DNA of 64,000 bases from Auanema rhodensis. Lineage: Eukaryota > Animalia > Nematoda. Below the pieces are notes generated by a model, which was not told the DNA's origin, made no database searches, and saw only the letters and a list, made by a program, of their open reading frames with translations. Positions 24,901 through 38,900 of this stretch are shown here, one piece after another. The stretch spans positions 3,100,001-3,164,000 of the forward strand of contig OZ059897.1 in the NCBI GenBank assembly GCA_964057225.1, given 5' to 3'. A program made the translations under genes and the position numbers. Within the stretch, counting starts at the first letter, position 1. Each line of letters starts with the position of its first letter.

Positions 24901-27900
24901 TTCGATGCGGATTTTTAAGCTGCGTCGATCTGTGTTATCAGATTTGCGCTAGCTTAAAAATGCACCAAGATATCAACTGATATAAGTTCACACTTATATC
25001 CTTGATTTTCACCCTGAAGAAATGATTTTTTCGTTGAAAAACATTGTCCATCGTCTTTGCCTTGAAAAAAGGAATCTAAAAACATCTACTTTTTGTGAAA
25101 TTATTTAGAAATTTTTCGGGAAAATTTTTGTCAAAATGTTTTTGGAAGCAATGTTGAGTGTACATGGGAACTCAACATACACTAATGCATTATTTTTCAA
25201 ACGATCATAACTTATTTTTGTATAGAGCGTTTCTCAATGTAGTATAGTGCATTCGATGCGGATTTTTAAGCTGCGTCGATATGTGTTATCAGATTTGAGT
25301 TAGCTTAAAAATGCACCGAGATATCAACTGATATATGTTCACACTTATATCCTCGACTTTCACCCTGAAGAAATGATTTTTTCGTTGAATAACATTGTCC
25401 ATCGTCTTCGTCTTGAAAAAAGGAATTTAAAAACATCTACTTTTTGTGAAATTATTTAGAAATTTTTCGGGAAAATTTTTGTCAAAATGTTTTTGGAAGC
25501 AATGTTGAGTGTACATGGGAACTCAACATACACTAATGCATTATTTTTCAAACGATCATAACTTATTTTTGTATAGAGCGTTTCTGAATGTAGTATAGTG
25601 CATTCGATGCGGATTTTTAAGCTGCGTCGATCTGTGTTATCAGATTTGAGTTAGCTTAAAAATGCACCGAGATATCAACTGATATATGTTCACACTTATA
25701 TCCTCGATTTTCACCCTGAAGAAATGATTTTTTCGTTGAATAACATTGTCCATCGTCTTCGTCTTGAAAAAAGGAATCTAAAAACATCTACTTTTTGTGA
25801 AATTATTTAGAAATTTTTCGGGAAAATTTTTGTCAAAATGTTTTTGGAAGCAATGTTGAGTGTACATGGGAACTCAACATACACTAATGCATTATTTTTC
25901 AAACGATCATAACTAATTTTTGTAAATAGCGTTTCTCAAGGTGGTAAAGTGCATTCGATGCGGATTTTTAAGCTGCGTCGATCTGTGTTATCAGATTTGC
26001 GCTAGCTTAAAAATGCACCAAGATATCAACTGATATAAGTTCACACTTATATCCTCGATTTTCACCCTGAAGAAATGATTTTTTCGTTGAAAAACATTGT
26101 CCATCGTCTTTGCCTTGAAAAAAGGAATCTAAAAACATCTACTTTTTGTGAAATTATTTAGAAATTTTTCGGGAAAATTTTTGTCAAAATGTTTTTGGAA
26201 GCAATGTTGAGTGTACATGGGAACTCAACATACACTAATGCATTATTTTTCAAACGATCATAACTTATTTTTGTATAGAGCGTTTCTCAATGTAGTATAG
26301 TGCATTCGATGCGGATTTCTAAGCTGCGTCGATCTGTGTTATCAGATTTGAGTTAGCTTAAAAATGCACCGAGATATCAACTGATATATGTTCACACTTA
26401 TATCCTCGACTTTCACCCTGAAGAAATGATTTTTTCGTTGAATAACATTGTCCATCGTCTTCGTCTTGAAAAAAGGAATCTAAAAACATCTACTTTTTGT
26501 GAAATTATTTAGAAATTTTTCGGGAAAATTTTTGTCAAAATGTTTTTGGAAGCAATGTTGAGTGTACATGGGAACTCAACATACACTAATGCATTATTTT
26601 TCAAACGATCATAACTAATTTTTGTAAATAGCGTTTCTCAAGGTAGTAAAGTGCATTCGATGCGGATTTTTAAGCTGCGTCGATCTGTGTTATCAGATTT
26701 GCGCTAGCTTAAAAATGCACCAAGATATCAACTGATATAAGTTCACACTTATATCCTCGATTTTCACCCTGAAGAAATGATTTTTTCGTTGAAAAACATT
26801 GTCCATCGTCTTTGCCTTGAAAAAAGGAATCTAAAAACATCTACTTTTTGTGAAATTATTTAGAAATTTTTCGGGAAAATTTTAGTCAAAATGTTTTTGG
26901 AAGCAATGTTGAGTGTACAAGGGAACTCAACATACACTAATGCATTATTTTTCAAACGATCATAACTAATTTTTGTAAATAGCGTTTCTCAAGGTAGTAA
27001 AGTGCATTCGATGCGGATTTTTAAGCTGCGTCGATCTGTGTTATCAGATTTGCGCTAGCTTAAAAATGCACCAAGATATCAACTGATATAAGTTCACACT
27101 TATATCCTCGATTTTCACCCTGAAGAAATGATTTTTTCGTTGAAAAACATTGTCCATCGTCTTTGCCTTGAAAAAAGGAATCTAAAAACATCTACTTTTT
27201 GTGAAATTATTTAGAAATTTTTCGGGAAAATTTTTGTCAAAATGTTTTTGGAAGCAATGTTGAGTGTACATGGGAACTCAACATACACTAATGCATTATT
27301 TTTCAAACGATCATAACTTATTTTTGTATAGAGCGTTTCTCAATGTAGTATAGTGCATTCGATGCGGATTTTTAAGCTGCGTCGATCTGTGTTATCAGAT
27401 TTGAGTTAGCTTAAAAATGCACCGAGATATCAACTGATATATGTTCACACTTATATCCTCGACTTTCACCCTGAAGAAATGATTTTTTCGTTGAATAACA
27501 TTGTCCATCGTCTTCGTCTTGAAAAAAGGAATCTAAAAACATCTACTTTTTGTGAAATTATTTAGAAATTTTTCGGGAAAATTTTTGTCAAAATGTTTTT
27601 GGAAGCAATGTTGAGTGTACATGGGAACTCAACATACACTAATGCATTATTTTTCAAACGATCATAACTAATTTTTGTAAATAGCGTTTCTCAAGGTAGT
27701 AAAGTGCATTCGATGCGGATTTTTAAGCTGCGTCGATCTGTGTTATCAGATTTGCGCTAGCTTAAAAATGCACCAAGATATCAACTGATATAAGTTCACA
27801 CTTATATCCTCGATTTTCACCCTGAAGAAATGATTTTTTCGTTGAATAACATTGTCCATCGTCTTCGTCTTGAAAAAAGGAATCTAAAAACATCTACTTT

Positions 27901-30900
27901 TTGTGAAATTATTTAGAAATTTTTCGGGAAAATTTTTGTCAAAATGTTTTTGGAAGCAATGTTGAGTGTACATGGGAACTCAACATACACTAATGCATTA
28001 TTTTTCAAACGATCATAACTAATTTTTGTAAATAGCGTTTCTCAAGGTAGTAAAGTGCATTCGATGCGGATTTTTAAGCTGCGTCGATCTGTGTTATCAG
28101 ATTTGCGCTAGCTTAAAAATGCACCAAGATATCAACTGATATAAGTTCACACTTATATCCTCGATTTTCACCCTGAAGAAATGATTTTTTCGTTGAAAAA
28201 CATTGTCCATCGTCTTTGCCTTGAAAAAAGGAATCTAAAAACATCTACTTTTTGTGAAATTATTTAGAAATTTTTCGGGAAAATTTTTGTCAAAATGTTT
28301 TTGGAAGCAATGTTGAGTGTACATGGGAACTCAACATACACTAATGCATTATTTTTCAAACGATCATAACTTATTTTTGTATAGAGCGTTTCTCAATGTA
28401 GTATAGTGCATTCGATGCGGATTTTTAAGCTGCGTCGATATGTGTTATCAGATTTGAGTTAGCTTAAAAATGCACCGAGATATCAACTGATATATGTTCA
28501 CACTTATATCCTCGACTTTCACCCTGAAGAAATGATTTTTTCGTTGAATAACATTGTCCATCGTCTTCGTCTTGAAAAAAGGAATTTAAAAACATCTACT
28601 TTTTGTGAAATTATTTAGAAATTTTTCGGGAAAATTTTTGTCAAAATGTTTTTGGAAGCAATGTTGAGTGTACATGGGAACTCAACATACACTAATGCAT
28701 TATTTTTCAAACGATCATAACTTATTTTTGTATAGAGCGTTTCTGAATGTAGTATAGTGCATTCGATGCGGATTTTTAAGCTGCGTCGATCTGTGTTATC
28801 AGATTTGAGTTAGCTTAAAAATGCACCGAGATATCAACTGATATATGTTCACACTTATATCCTCGATTTTCACCCTGAAGAAATGATTTTTTCGTTGAAT
28901 AACATTGTCCATCGTCTTCGTCTTGAAAAAAGGAATCTAAAAACATCTACTTTTTGTGAAATTATTTAGAAATTTTTCGGGAAAATTTTTGTCAAAATGT
29001 TTTTGGAAGCAATGTTGAGTGTACATGGGAACTCAACATACACTAATGCATTATTTTTCAAACGATCATAACTAATTTTTGTAAATAGCGTTTCTCAAGG
29101 TAGTAAAGTGCATTCGATGCGGATTTTTAAGCTGCGTCGATCTGTGTTATCAGATTTGCGCTAGCTTAAAAATGCACCAAGATATCAACTGATATAAGTT
29201 CACACTTATATCCTCGATTTTCACCCTGAAGAAATGATTTTTTCGTTGAAAAACATTGTCCATCGTCTTTGCCTTGAAAAAAGGAATCTAAAAACATCTA
29301 CTTTTTGTGAAATTATTTAGAAATTTTTCGGGAAAATTTTTGTCAAAATGTTTTTGGAAGCAATGTTGAGTGTACATGGGAACTCAACATACACTAATGC
29401 ATTATTTTTCAAACGATCATAACTTATTTTTGTATAGAGCGTTTCTCAATGTAGTATAGTGCATTCGATGCGGATTTCTAAGCTGCGTCGATCTGTGTTA
29501 TCAGATTTGAGTTAGCTTAAAAATGCACCGAGATATCAACTGATATATGTTCACACTTATATCCTCGACTTTCACCCTGAAGAAATGATTTTTTCGTTGA
29601 ATAACATTGTCCATCGTCTTCGTCTTGAAAAAAGGAATCTAAAAACATCTACTTTTTGTGAAATTATTTAGAAATTTTTCGGGAAAATTTTTGTCAAAAT
29701 GTTTTTGGAAGCAATGTTGAGTGTACATGGGAACTCAACATACACTAATGCATTATTTTTCAAACGATCATAACTAATTTTTGTAAATAGCGTTTCTCAA
29801 GGTAGTAAAGTGCATTCGATGCGGATTTTTAAGCTGCGTCGATCTGTGTTATCAGATTTGCGCTAGCTTAAAAATGCACCAAGATATCAACTGATATAAG
29901 TTCACACTTATATCCTCGATTTTCACCCTGAAGAAATGATTTTTTCGTTGAAAAACATTGTCCATCGTCTTTGCCTTGAAAAAAGGAATCTAAAAACATC
30001 TACTTTTTGTGAAATTATTTAGAAATTTTTCGGGAAAATTTTTGTCAAAATGTTTTTGGAAGCAATGTTGAGTGTACAAGGGAACTCAACATACACTAAT
30101 GCATTATTTTTCAAACGATCATAACTAATTTTTGTAAATAGCGTTTCTTAAGGTAGTAAAGTGCATTCGATGCGGATTTTTAAGCTGCGTCGATCTGTGT
30201 TATCAGATTTGCGCTAGCTTAAAAATGCACCAAGATATCAACTGATATAAGTTCACACTTATATCCTCGATTTTCACCCTGAAGAAATGATTTTTTCGTT
30301 GAAAAACATTGTCCATCGTCTTTGCCTTGAAAAAAGGAATCTAAAAACATCTACTTTTTGTGAAATTATTTAGAAATTTTTCGGGAAAATTTTTGTCAAA
30401 ATGTTTTTGGAAGCAATGTTGAGTGTACATGGGAACTCAACATACACTAATGCATTATTTTTCAAACGATCATAACTTAATTTTGTATAGAGCGTTTCTC
30501 AATGTAGTATAGTGCATTCGATGCGGATTTTTAAGCTGCGTCGATATGTGTTATCAGATTTGAGTTAGCTTAAAAATGCACCGAGATATCAACTGATATA
30601 TGTTCACACTTATATCCTCGACTTTCACCCTGAAGAAATGATTTTTTCGTTGAATAACATTGTCCATCGTCTTCGTCTTGAAAAAAGGAATCTAAAAACA
30701 TCTACTTTTTGTGAAATTATTTAGAAATTTTTCGGGAAAATTTTTGTCAAAATGTTTTTGGAAGCAATGTTGAGTGTACATGGGAACTCAACATACACTA
30801 ATGCATTATTTTTCAAACGATCATAACTTATTTTTGTATAGAGCGTTTCTGAATGTAGTATAGTGCATTCGATGCGGATTTTTAAGCTGCGTCGATCTGT

Positions 30901-33900
30901 GTTATCAGATTTGAGTTAGCTTAAAAATGCACCGAGATATCAACTGATATATGTTCACACTTATATCCTCGATTTTCACCCTGAAGAAATGATTTTTTCG
31001 TTGAATAACATTGTCCATCGTCTTCGTCTTGAAAAAAGGAATCTAAAAACATCTACTTTTTGTGAAATTATTTAGAAATTTTTCGGGAAAATTTTTGTCA
31101 AAATGTTTTTGGAAGCAATGTTGAGTGTACATGGGAACTCAACATACACTAATGCATTATTTTTCAAACGATCATAACTAATTTTTGTAAATAGCGTTTC
31201 TCAAGGTAGTAAAGTGCATTCGATGCGGATTTTTAAGCTGCGTCGATCTGTGTTATCAGATTTGCGCTAGCTTAAAAATGCACCAAGATATCAACTGATA
31301 TAAGTTCACACTTATATCCTCGATTTTCACCCTGAAGAAATGATTTTTTCGTTGAAAAACATTGTCCATCGTCTTTGCCTTGAAAAAAGGAATCTAAAAA
31401 CATCTACTTTTTGTGAAATTATTTAGAAATTTTTCGGGAAAATTTTTGTCAAAATGTTTTTGGAAGCAATGTTGAGTGTACATGGGAACTCAACATACAC
31501 TAATGCATTATTTTTCAAACGATCATAACTTATTTTTGTATAGAGCGTTTCTCAATGTAGTATAGTGCATTCGATGCGGATTTCTAAGCTGCGTCGATCT
31601 GTGTTATCAGATTTGAGTTAGCTTAAAAATGCACCGAGATATCAACTGATATATGTTCACACTTATATCCTCGACTTTCACCCTGAAGAAATGATTTTTT
31701 CGTTGAATAACATTGTCCATCGTCTTCGTCTTGAAAAAAGGAATCTAAAAACATCTACTTTTTGTGAAATTATTTAGAAATTTTTCGGGAAAATTTTTGT
31801 CAAAATGTTTTTGGAAGCAATGTTGAGTGTACATGGGAACTCAACATACACTAATGCATTATTTTTCAAACGATCATAACTAATTTTTGTAAATAGCGTT
31901 TCTCAAGGTAGTAAAGTGCATTCGATGCGGATTTTTAAGCTGCGTCGATCTGTGTTATCAGATTTGCGCTAGCTTAAAAATGCACCAAGATATCAACTGA
32001 TATAAGTTCACACTTATATCCTCGATTTTCACCCTGAAGAAATGATTTTTTCGTTGAAAAACATTGTCCATCGTCTTTGCCTTGAAAAAAGGAATCTAAA
32101 AACATCTACTTTTTGTGAAATTATTTAGAAATTTTTCGGGAAAATTTTTGTCAAAATGTTTTTGGAAGCAATGTTGAGTGTACATGGGAACTCAACATAC
32201 ACTAATGCATTATTTTTCAAACGATCATAACTAATTTTTGTAAATAGCGTTTCTCAAGGTAGTAAAGTGCATTCGATGCGGATTTTTAAGCTGCGTCGAT
32301 CTGTGTTATCAGATTTGCGCTAGCTTAAAAATGCACCAAGATATCAACTGATATAAGTTCACACTTATATCCTCGATTTTCACCCTGAAGAAATGATTTT
32401 TTCGTTGAAAAACATTGTCCATCGTCTTTGCCTTGAAAAAAGGAATCTAAAAACATCTACTTTTTGTGAAATTATTTAGAAATTTTTCGGGAAAATTTTT
32501 GTCAAAATGTTTTTGGAAGCAATGTTGAGTGTACATGGGAACTCAACATACACTAATGCATTATTTTTCAAACGATCATAACTTATTTTTGTATAGAGCG
32601 TTTCTCAATGTAGTATAGTGCATTCGATGCGGATTTTTAAGCTGCGTCGATCTGTGTTATCAGATTTGAGTTAGCTTAAAAATGCACCGAGATATCAACT
32701 GATATATGTTCACACTTATATCCTCGACTTTCACCCTGAAGAAATGATTTTTTCGTTGAATAACATTGTCCATCGTCTTCGTTTGAAAAAAGGAATCTAA
32801 AAACATCTACTTTTTGTGAAATTATTTAGAAATTTTTCGGGAAAATTTTTGTCAAAATGTTTTTGGAAGCAATGTTGAGTGTACATGGGAACTCAACATA
32901 CACTAATGCATTATTTTTCAAACGATCATAACTTATTTTTGTATAGAGCGTTTCTTAATGTAGTATAGTGCATTCGATGTGGATTTTTAAGTTGCGTTGA
33001 TCTGTGTTATCAGATTTGAGTTAGCTTAAAAATGCACCGAGATATCAACTGATATATGTTCACACTTATATCCTCGATTTTCACCCTGAAGAAATGATTT
33101 TTTCGTTGAATAACATTGTCCATCGTCTTCGTCTTGAAAAAAGGAATCTAAAAACATCTACTTTTTGTGAAATTATTTAGAAATTTTTCGGGAAAATTTT
33201 TGTCAAAATGTTTTTGGAAGCAATGTTGAGTGTACATGGGAACTCAACATACACTAATGCATTATTTTTCAAACGATCATAACTAATTTTTGTAAATAGC
33301 GTTTCTCAAGGTAGTAAAGTGCATTCGATGCGGATTTTTAAGCTGCGTCGATCTGTGTTATCAGATTTGCGCTAGCTTAAAAATGCACCAAGATATCAAC
33401 TGATATAAGTTCACACTTATATCCTCGATTTTCACCCTGAAGAAATGATTTTTTCGTTGAAAAACATTGTCCATCGTCTTTGCCTTGAAAAAAGGAATCT
33501 AAAAACATCTACTTTTTGTGAAATTATTTAGAAATTTTTCGGGAAAATTTTTGTCAAAATGTTTTTGGAAGCAATGTTGAGTGTACATGGGAACTCAACA
33601 TACACTAATGCATTATTTTTCAAACGATCATAACTTATTTTTGTATAGAGCGTTTCTCAATGTAGTATAGTGCATTCGATGCGGATTTTTAAGCTGCGTC
33701 GATATGTGTTATCAGATTTGAGTTAGCTTAAAAATGCACCGAGATATCAACTGATATATGTTCACACTTATATCCTCGACTTTCACCCTGAAGAAATGAT
33801 TTTTTCGTTGAATAACATTGTCATTCGTCTTCGTCTTGAAAAAAGGAATCTAAAAACATCTACTTTTTGTGAAATTATTTAGAAATTTTTCGGGAAAATT

Positions 33901-35941
33901 TTTGTCAAAATGTTTTTGGAAGCAATGTTGAGTGTACATGGGAACTCAACATACACTAATGCATTATTTTTCAAACGATCATAACTTATTTTTGTATAGA
34001 GCGTTTCTCAATGTAGTATAGTGCATTCGATGCGGATTTTTAAGCTGCGTCGATCTGTGTTATCAGATTTGAGTTAGCTTAAAAATGCACCGAGATATCA
34101 ACTGATATATGTTCACACTTATATCCTCGATTTTCACCCTGAAGAAATGATTTTTTCGTTGAATAACATTGTCCATCGTCTTCGTCTTGAAAAAAGGAAT
34201 CTAAAAACATCTACTTTTTGTGAAATTATTTAGAAATTTTTCGGGAAAATTTTTGTCAAAATGTTTTTGGAAGCAATGTTGAGTGTACATGGGAACTCAA
34301 CATACACTAATGCATTATTTTTCAAACGATCATAACTTATTTTTGTATAGAGCGTTTCTCAATGTAGTATAGTGCATTCGATGCGGATTTTTAAGCTGCG
34401 TCGATATGTGTTATCAGATTTGAGTTAGCTTAAAAATGCACCGAGATATCAACTGATATATGTTCACACTTATATCCTCGACTTTCACCCTGAAGAAATG
34501 ATTTTTTCGTTGAATAACATTGTCCATCGTCTTCGTCTTGAAAAAAGGAATCTAAAAACATCTACTTTTTGTGAAATTATTTAGAAATTTTTCGGGAAAA
34601 TTTTTGTCAAAATGTTTTTGGAAGCAATGTTGAGTGTACATGGGAACTCAACATACACTAATGCATTATTTTTCAAACGATCATAACTTATTTTTGTATA
34701 GAGCGTTTCTCAATGTAGTATAGTGCATTCGATGCGGATTTTTAAGCTGCGTCGATCTGTGTTATCAGATTTGAGTTAGCTTAAAAATGCACCGAGATAT
34801 CAACTGATATATGTTCACACTTATATCCTCGATTTTCACCCTGAAGAAATGATTTTTTCGTTGAATAACATTGTCCATCGTCTTCGTCTTGAAAAAAGGA
34901 ATCTAAAAACATCTACTTTTTGTGAAATTATTTAGAAATTTTTCGGGAAAATTTTTGTCAAAATGTTTTTGGAAGCAATGTTGAGTGTACATGGGAACTC
35001 AACATACACTAATGCATTATTTTTCAAACGATCATAACTAATTTTTGTAAATAGCGTTTCTCAAGGTAGTAAAGTGCATTCGATGCGGATTTTTAAGCTG
35101 CGTCGATCTGTGTTATCAGATTTGCGCTAGCTTAAAAATGCACCAAGATATCAACTGATATAAGTTCACACTTATATCCTCGATTTTCACCCTGAAGAAA
35201 TGATTTTTTCGTTGAAAAACATTGTCCATCGTCTTTGCCTTGAAAAAAGGAATCTAAAAACATCTACTTTTTGTGAAATTATTTAGAAATTTTTCGGGAA
35301 AATTTTTGTCAAAATGTTTTTGGAAGCAATGTTGAGTGTACATGGGAACTCAACATACACTAATGCATTATTTTTCAAACGATCATAACTTATTTTTGTA
35401 TAGAGCGTTTCTCAATGTAGTATAGTGCATTCGATGCGGATTTCTAAGCTGCGTCGATCTGTGTTATCAGATTTGAGTTAGCTTAAAAATGCACCGAGAT
35501 ATCAACTGATATATGTTCACACTTATATCCTCGACTTTCACCCTGAAGAAATGATTTTTTCGTTGAATAACATTGTCCATCGTCTTCGTCTTGAAAAAAG
35601 GAATCTAAAAACATCTACTTTTTGTGAAATTATTTAGAAATTTTTCGGGAAAATTTTTGTCAAAATGTTTTTGGAAGCAATGTTGAGTGTACATGGGAAC
35701 TCAATATACACTAATGCATTATTTTTCAAACAATCATAACTTATTTTTGTATAGAGCGTTTCTCAATGTAGTATAGTGCATTCGATGCGGATTTTTAAGC
35801 TGCGTCGATCTGTGTTATCAGATTTGAGTTAGCTTAAAAATGCACCGAGATATCAACTGATATATGTTCACACTTATATCCTCGATTTTCACCCTGAAGA
35901 AATGATTTTTTCGTTGAATAACATTGTCCATCGTCTTCGTC
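21903..35941. repeat. Variant domain II (second, expanded occurrence) with 3-mer and 6-mer higher-order repeats
   Basis: About 16 C-type monomers between about 22780 and 35065, at spacings that are multiples of 351. Confidence 0.82.
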
Positions 35942-38900
35942 TTGAAAAAAGGAATCTAAAAATATCTACTTTTTGTGAAATTATTTAGAAATTTTTCGGG
36001 AAAATTTTTGTCAAAATGTTTTTGGAAGCAATGTTGAGTGTACATAGGAACTCAACATACACTAATGCATTATTTTTCAAACGATCATAACTAATTTTTG
36101 TATAGAGCGTTTCTCAATGTAGTATAGTGCATTCGATGCGGATTTTTAAGCTGCGTTGATCTGTGTTATCAGATTTGAGTTAACTTAAAAATGCACCGAG
36201 ATATCAACTGATATAGGTTCACACTTATATCCTCGATTTTCACCCTGAAGAAGTAGTTTTTTCGTTGAAAAACATTGTCCATCGTCTTCGTCATGAAAAA
36301 AGGAATCTAAAAACATCTACTTTTTAAGAAATTATTTAGAAATTTTTCGGGAAAATTTTTGTCAAAATGTTTTTGGAAGCAATGTTGAGTGTACATGGGA
36401 ACTCAATATACACTAATGCATTATTTTTCAAACGATCATAACTAATTTTTGTATAGAGCGTTTCTCAATGTAGTATAGTGCATTCGATGCGGATTTTTAA
36501 GCTGCGTTGATCTGTGTTATCAGATTTGAGTTAACTTAAAAATGCACCGAGATATCAACTGATATAGGTTCACACTTATATCCTCGATTTTCACCCTGAA
36601 GAAGTAGTTTTTTCGTTGAAAAACATTGTCCATCGTCTTCGTCATGAAAAAAGGAATCTAAAAACATCTACTTTTTAAGAAATTATTTAGAAATTTTTCG
36701 GGAAAATTTTTGTCAAAATGTTTTTGGAAGCAATGTTGAGTGTACATGGGAACTCAACATACACTAATGCATTATTTTTCAAACGATCATAACTTATTTT
36801 TGTATAGAGCGTTTCTCAATGTAGTATAGTGCATTCGATGCGGATTTTTAAGCTGCGTCGATCTGTGTTATCAGATTTGAGTTAGCTTAAAAATGCACCG
36901 AGATATCAACTGATATATGTTCACACTTATATCCTCGATTTTCACCCTGAAGAAATGATTTTTTCGTTGAATAACATTTTCCATCGTCTTCGTCTTGAAA
37001 AAAGGAATCTAAAAACATCTACTTTTTGTGAAATTATTTAGAAATTTTTCGGGAAAATTTTTGTCAAAATGTTTTTGGAAGCAATGTTGAGTGTACATGG
37101 GAACTCAACATACACTAATGCATTATTTTTCAAACGATCATAACTAATTTTTGTAAATAGCGTTTCTCAAGGTAGTATAGTGCATTCGATGCGGATTTTT
37201 AAGCTGCGTCGATCTGTGTTATCAGATTTGAGTTAGCTTAAAAATGCACCGAGATATCAACTGATATATGTTCACACTTATATCCTCGATTTTCAAACTG
37301 AAGATTTGATTTTTTCGTTGAATAACATTGTCCATCGTCTTCGTCTTGAAAAAAGGAATCTAAAAACATCTACTTTTTGTGAAATTATTTAGAAATTTTT
37401 CGGGAAAATTTTTGTCAAAATGTTTTTGGAAGCAATGTTGAGTGTACATGGGAACTCAACATACACTAATGCATTATTTTTCAAACGATCATAACTATTT
37501 TCTGTAAATAGCGTTTCTCAATGTAGTATAGTGCATTCGATGCGGATTTTTAAGCTGCGTTGATCTGTGTTATCAGATTTGAGTTAACTTAAAAATGCAC
37601 CGAGATATCAACTGATATAGGTTCACACTTATATCCTCGATTTTCACCCTGAAGAAATAATTTTTTCGTTGAAAAACATTCTCCATCGTCTTCGTCATGA
37701 AAAAAGAAATCTAAAAACATCTACTTTTTGTGAAATTATTTAGAAATTTTTCGGGAAAATTTTTGTCAAAATGTTTTTGGAAGCAATGTTGAGTGTACAT
37801 GGGAACTCAGCATACACTAATGCATTATTTTTCAAACGATAATAACTAATTTTTGTATAGAGCGTTTCTTAATGTAGTATAGTGCATTCGATGTGGATTT
37901 TTAAGTTGCGTTGATCTGTGTTATCAGATTTGAGTTAGCTTAAAAATGCACCGAGATATCAACTGATTTATGTTCACACTTATATCCTCGATTTTCACCC
38001 TGAAGAAATGATTTTTTCGTTGAATAACATTGTCCATCATCTTCGTCTTGAAAAAAGGAATCTAAAAACATCTACTTTTTGTGAAATTATTTAGAAATTT
38101 TTCGGGAAAATTTTTGTCAAAATGTTTTTGGAAGCAATGTTGAGTGTACATGGGAACTCAACATACACTAATGCATTATTTTTCAAACGATCATAACTAA
38201 TTTTTGTATAGAGCGTTTCTCAATGTAGTATAGTGCATTCGATGCGGATTTTTAAGCTGCGTCGATCTGTGTTATCAGATTTGAGTTAGCTTAAAAATGC
38301 ACCGAGATATCAACTGATATATGTTCACACTTATATCCTCGATTTTCACCCTGAAGAAATGATTTTTTCGTTGAATAACATTGTCCATCGTCTTCGTCTT
38401 GAAAAAAGGAATCTAAAAACATCTACTTTTTGTGAAATTATTTAGAAATTTTTCGGGAAAATTTTTGTCAAAATGTTTTTGGAAGCAATGTTGAGTGTAC
38501 ATGGGAACTCAACATACACTAATGCATTATTTTTCAAACGATCATAACTAACTTCTGTAAATAGCGTTTCTCAATGTAGTATAGTGCATTCGATGCGGAT
38601 TTTTAAGCTGCGTCGATCTGTGTTATCAGATTTGAGTTAGCTTAAAAATGCACCGAGATATCAACTGATATATGTTCACACTTATATCCTCGATTTTCAC
38701 CCTGAAGAAATGATTTTTTCGTTGAATAACATTTTCCATCGTCTTCGTCTTGAAAAAAGGAATCTAAAAACATCTACTTTTTGTGAAATTATTTAGAAAT
38801 TTTTCGGGAACATTTTTGTCAAAATGTTTTTGGAAGCAATGTTGAGTGTACATGGGAATTCAACATACACTAATGCATTATTTTTCAAACGATCATAACT

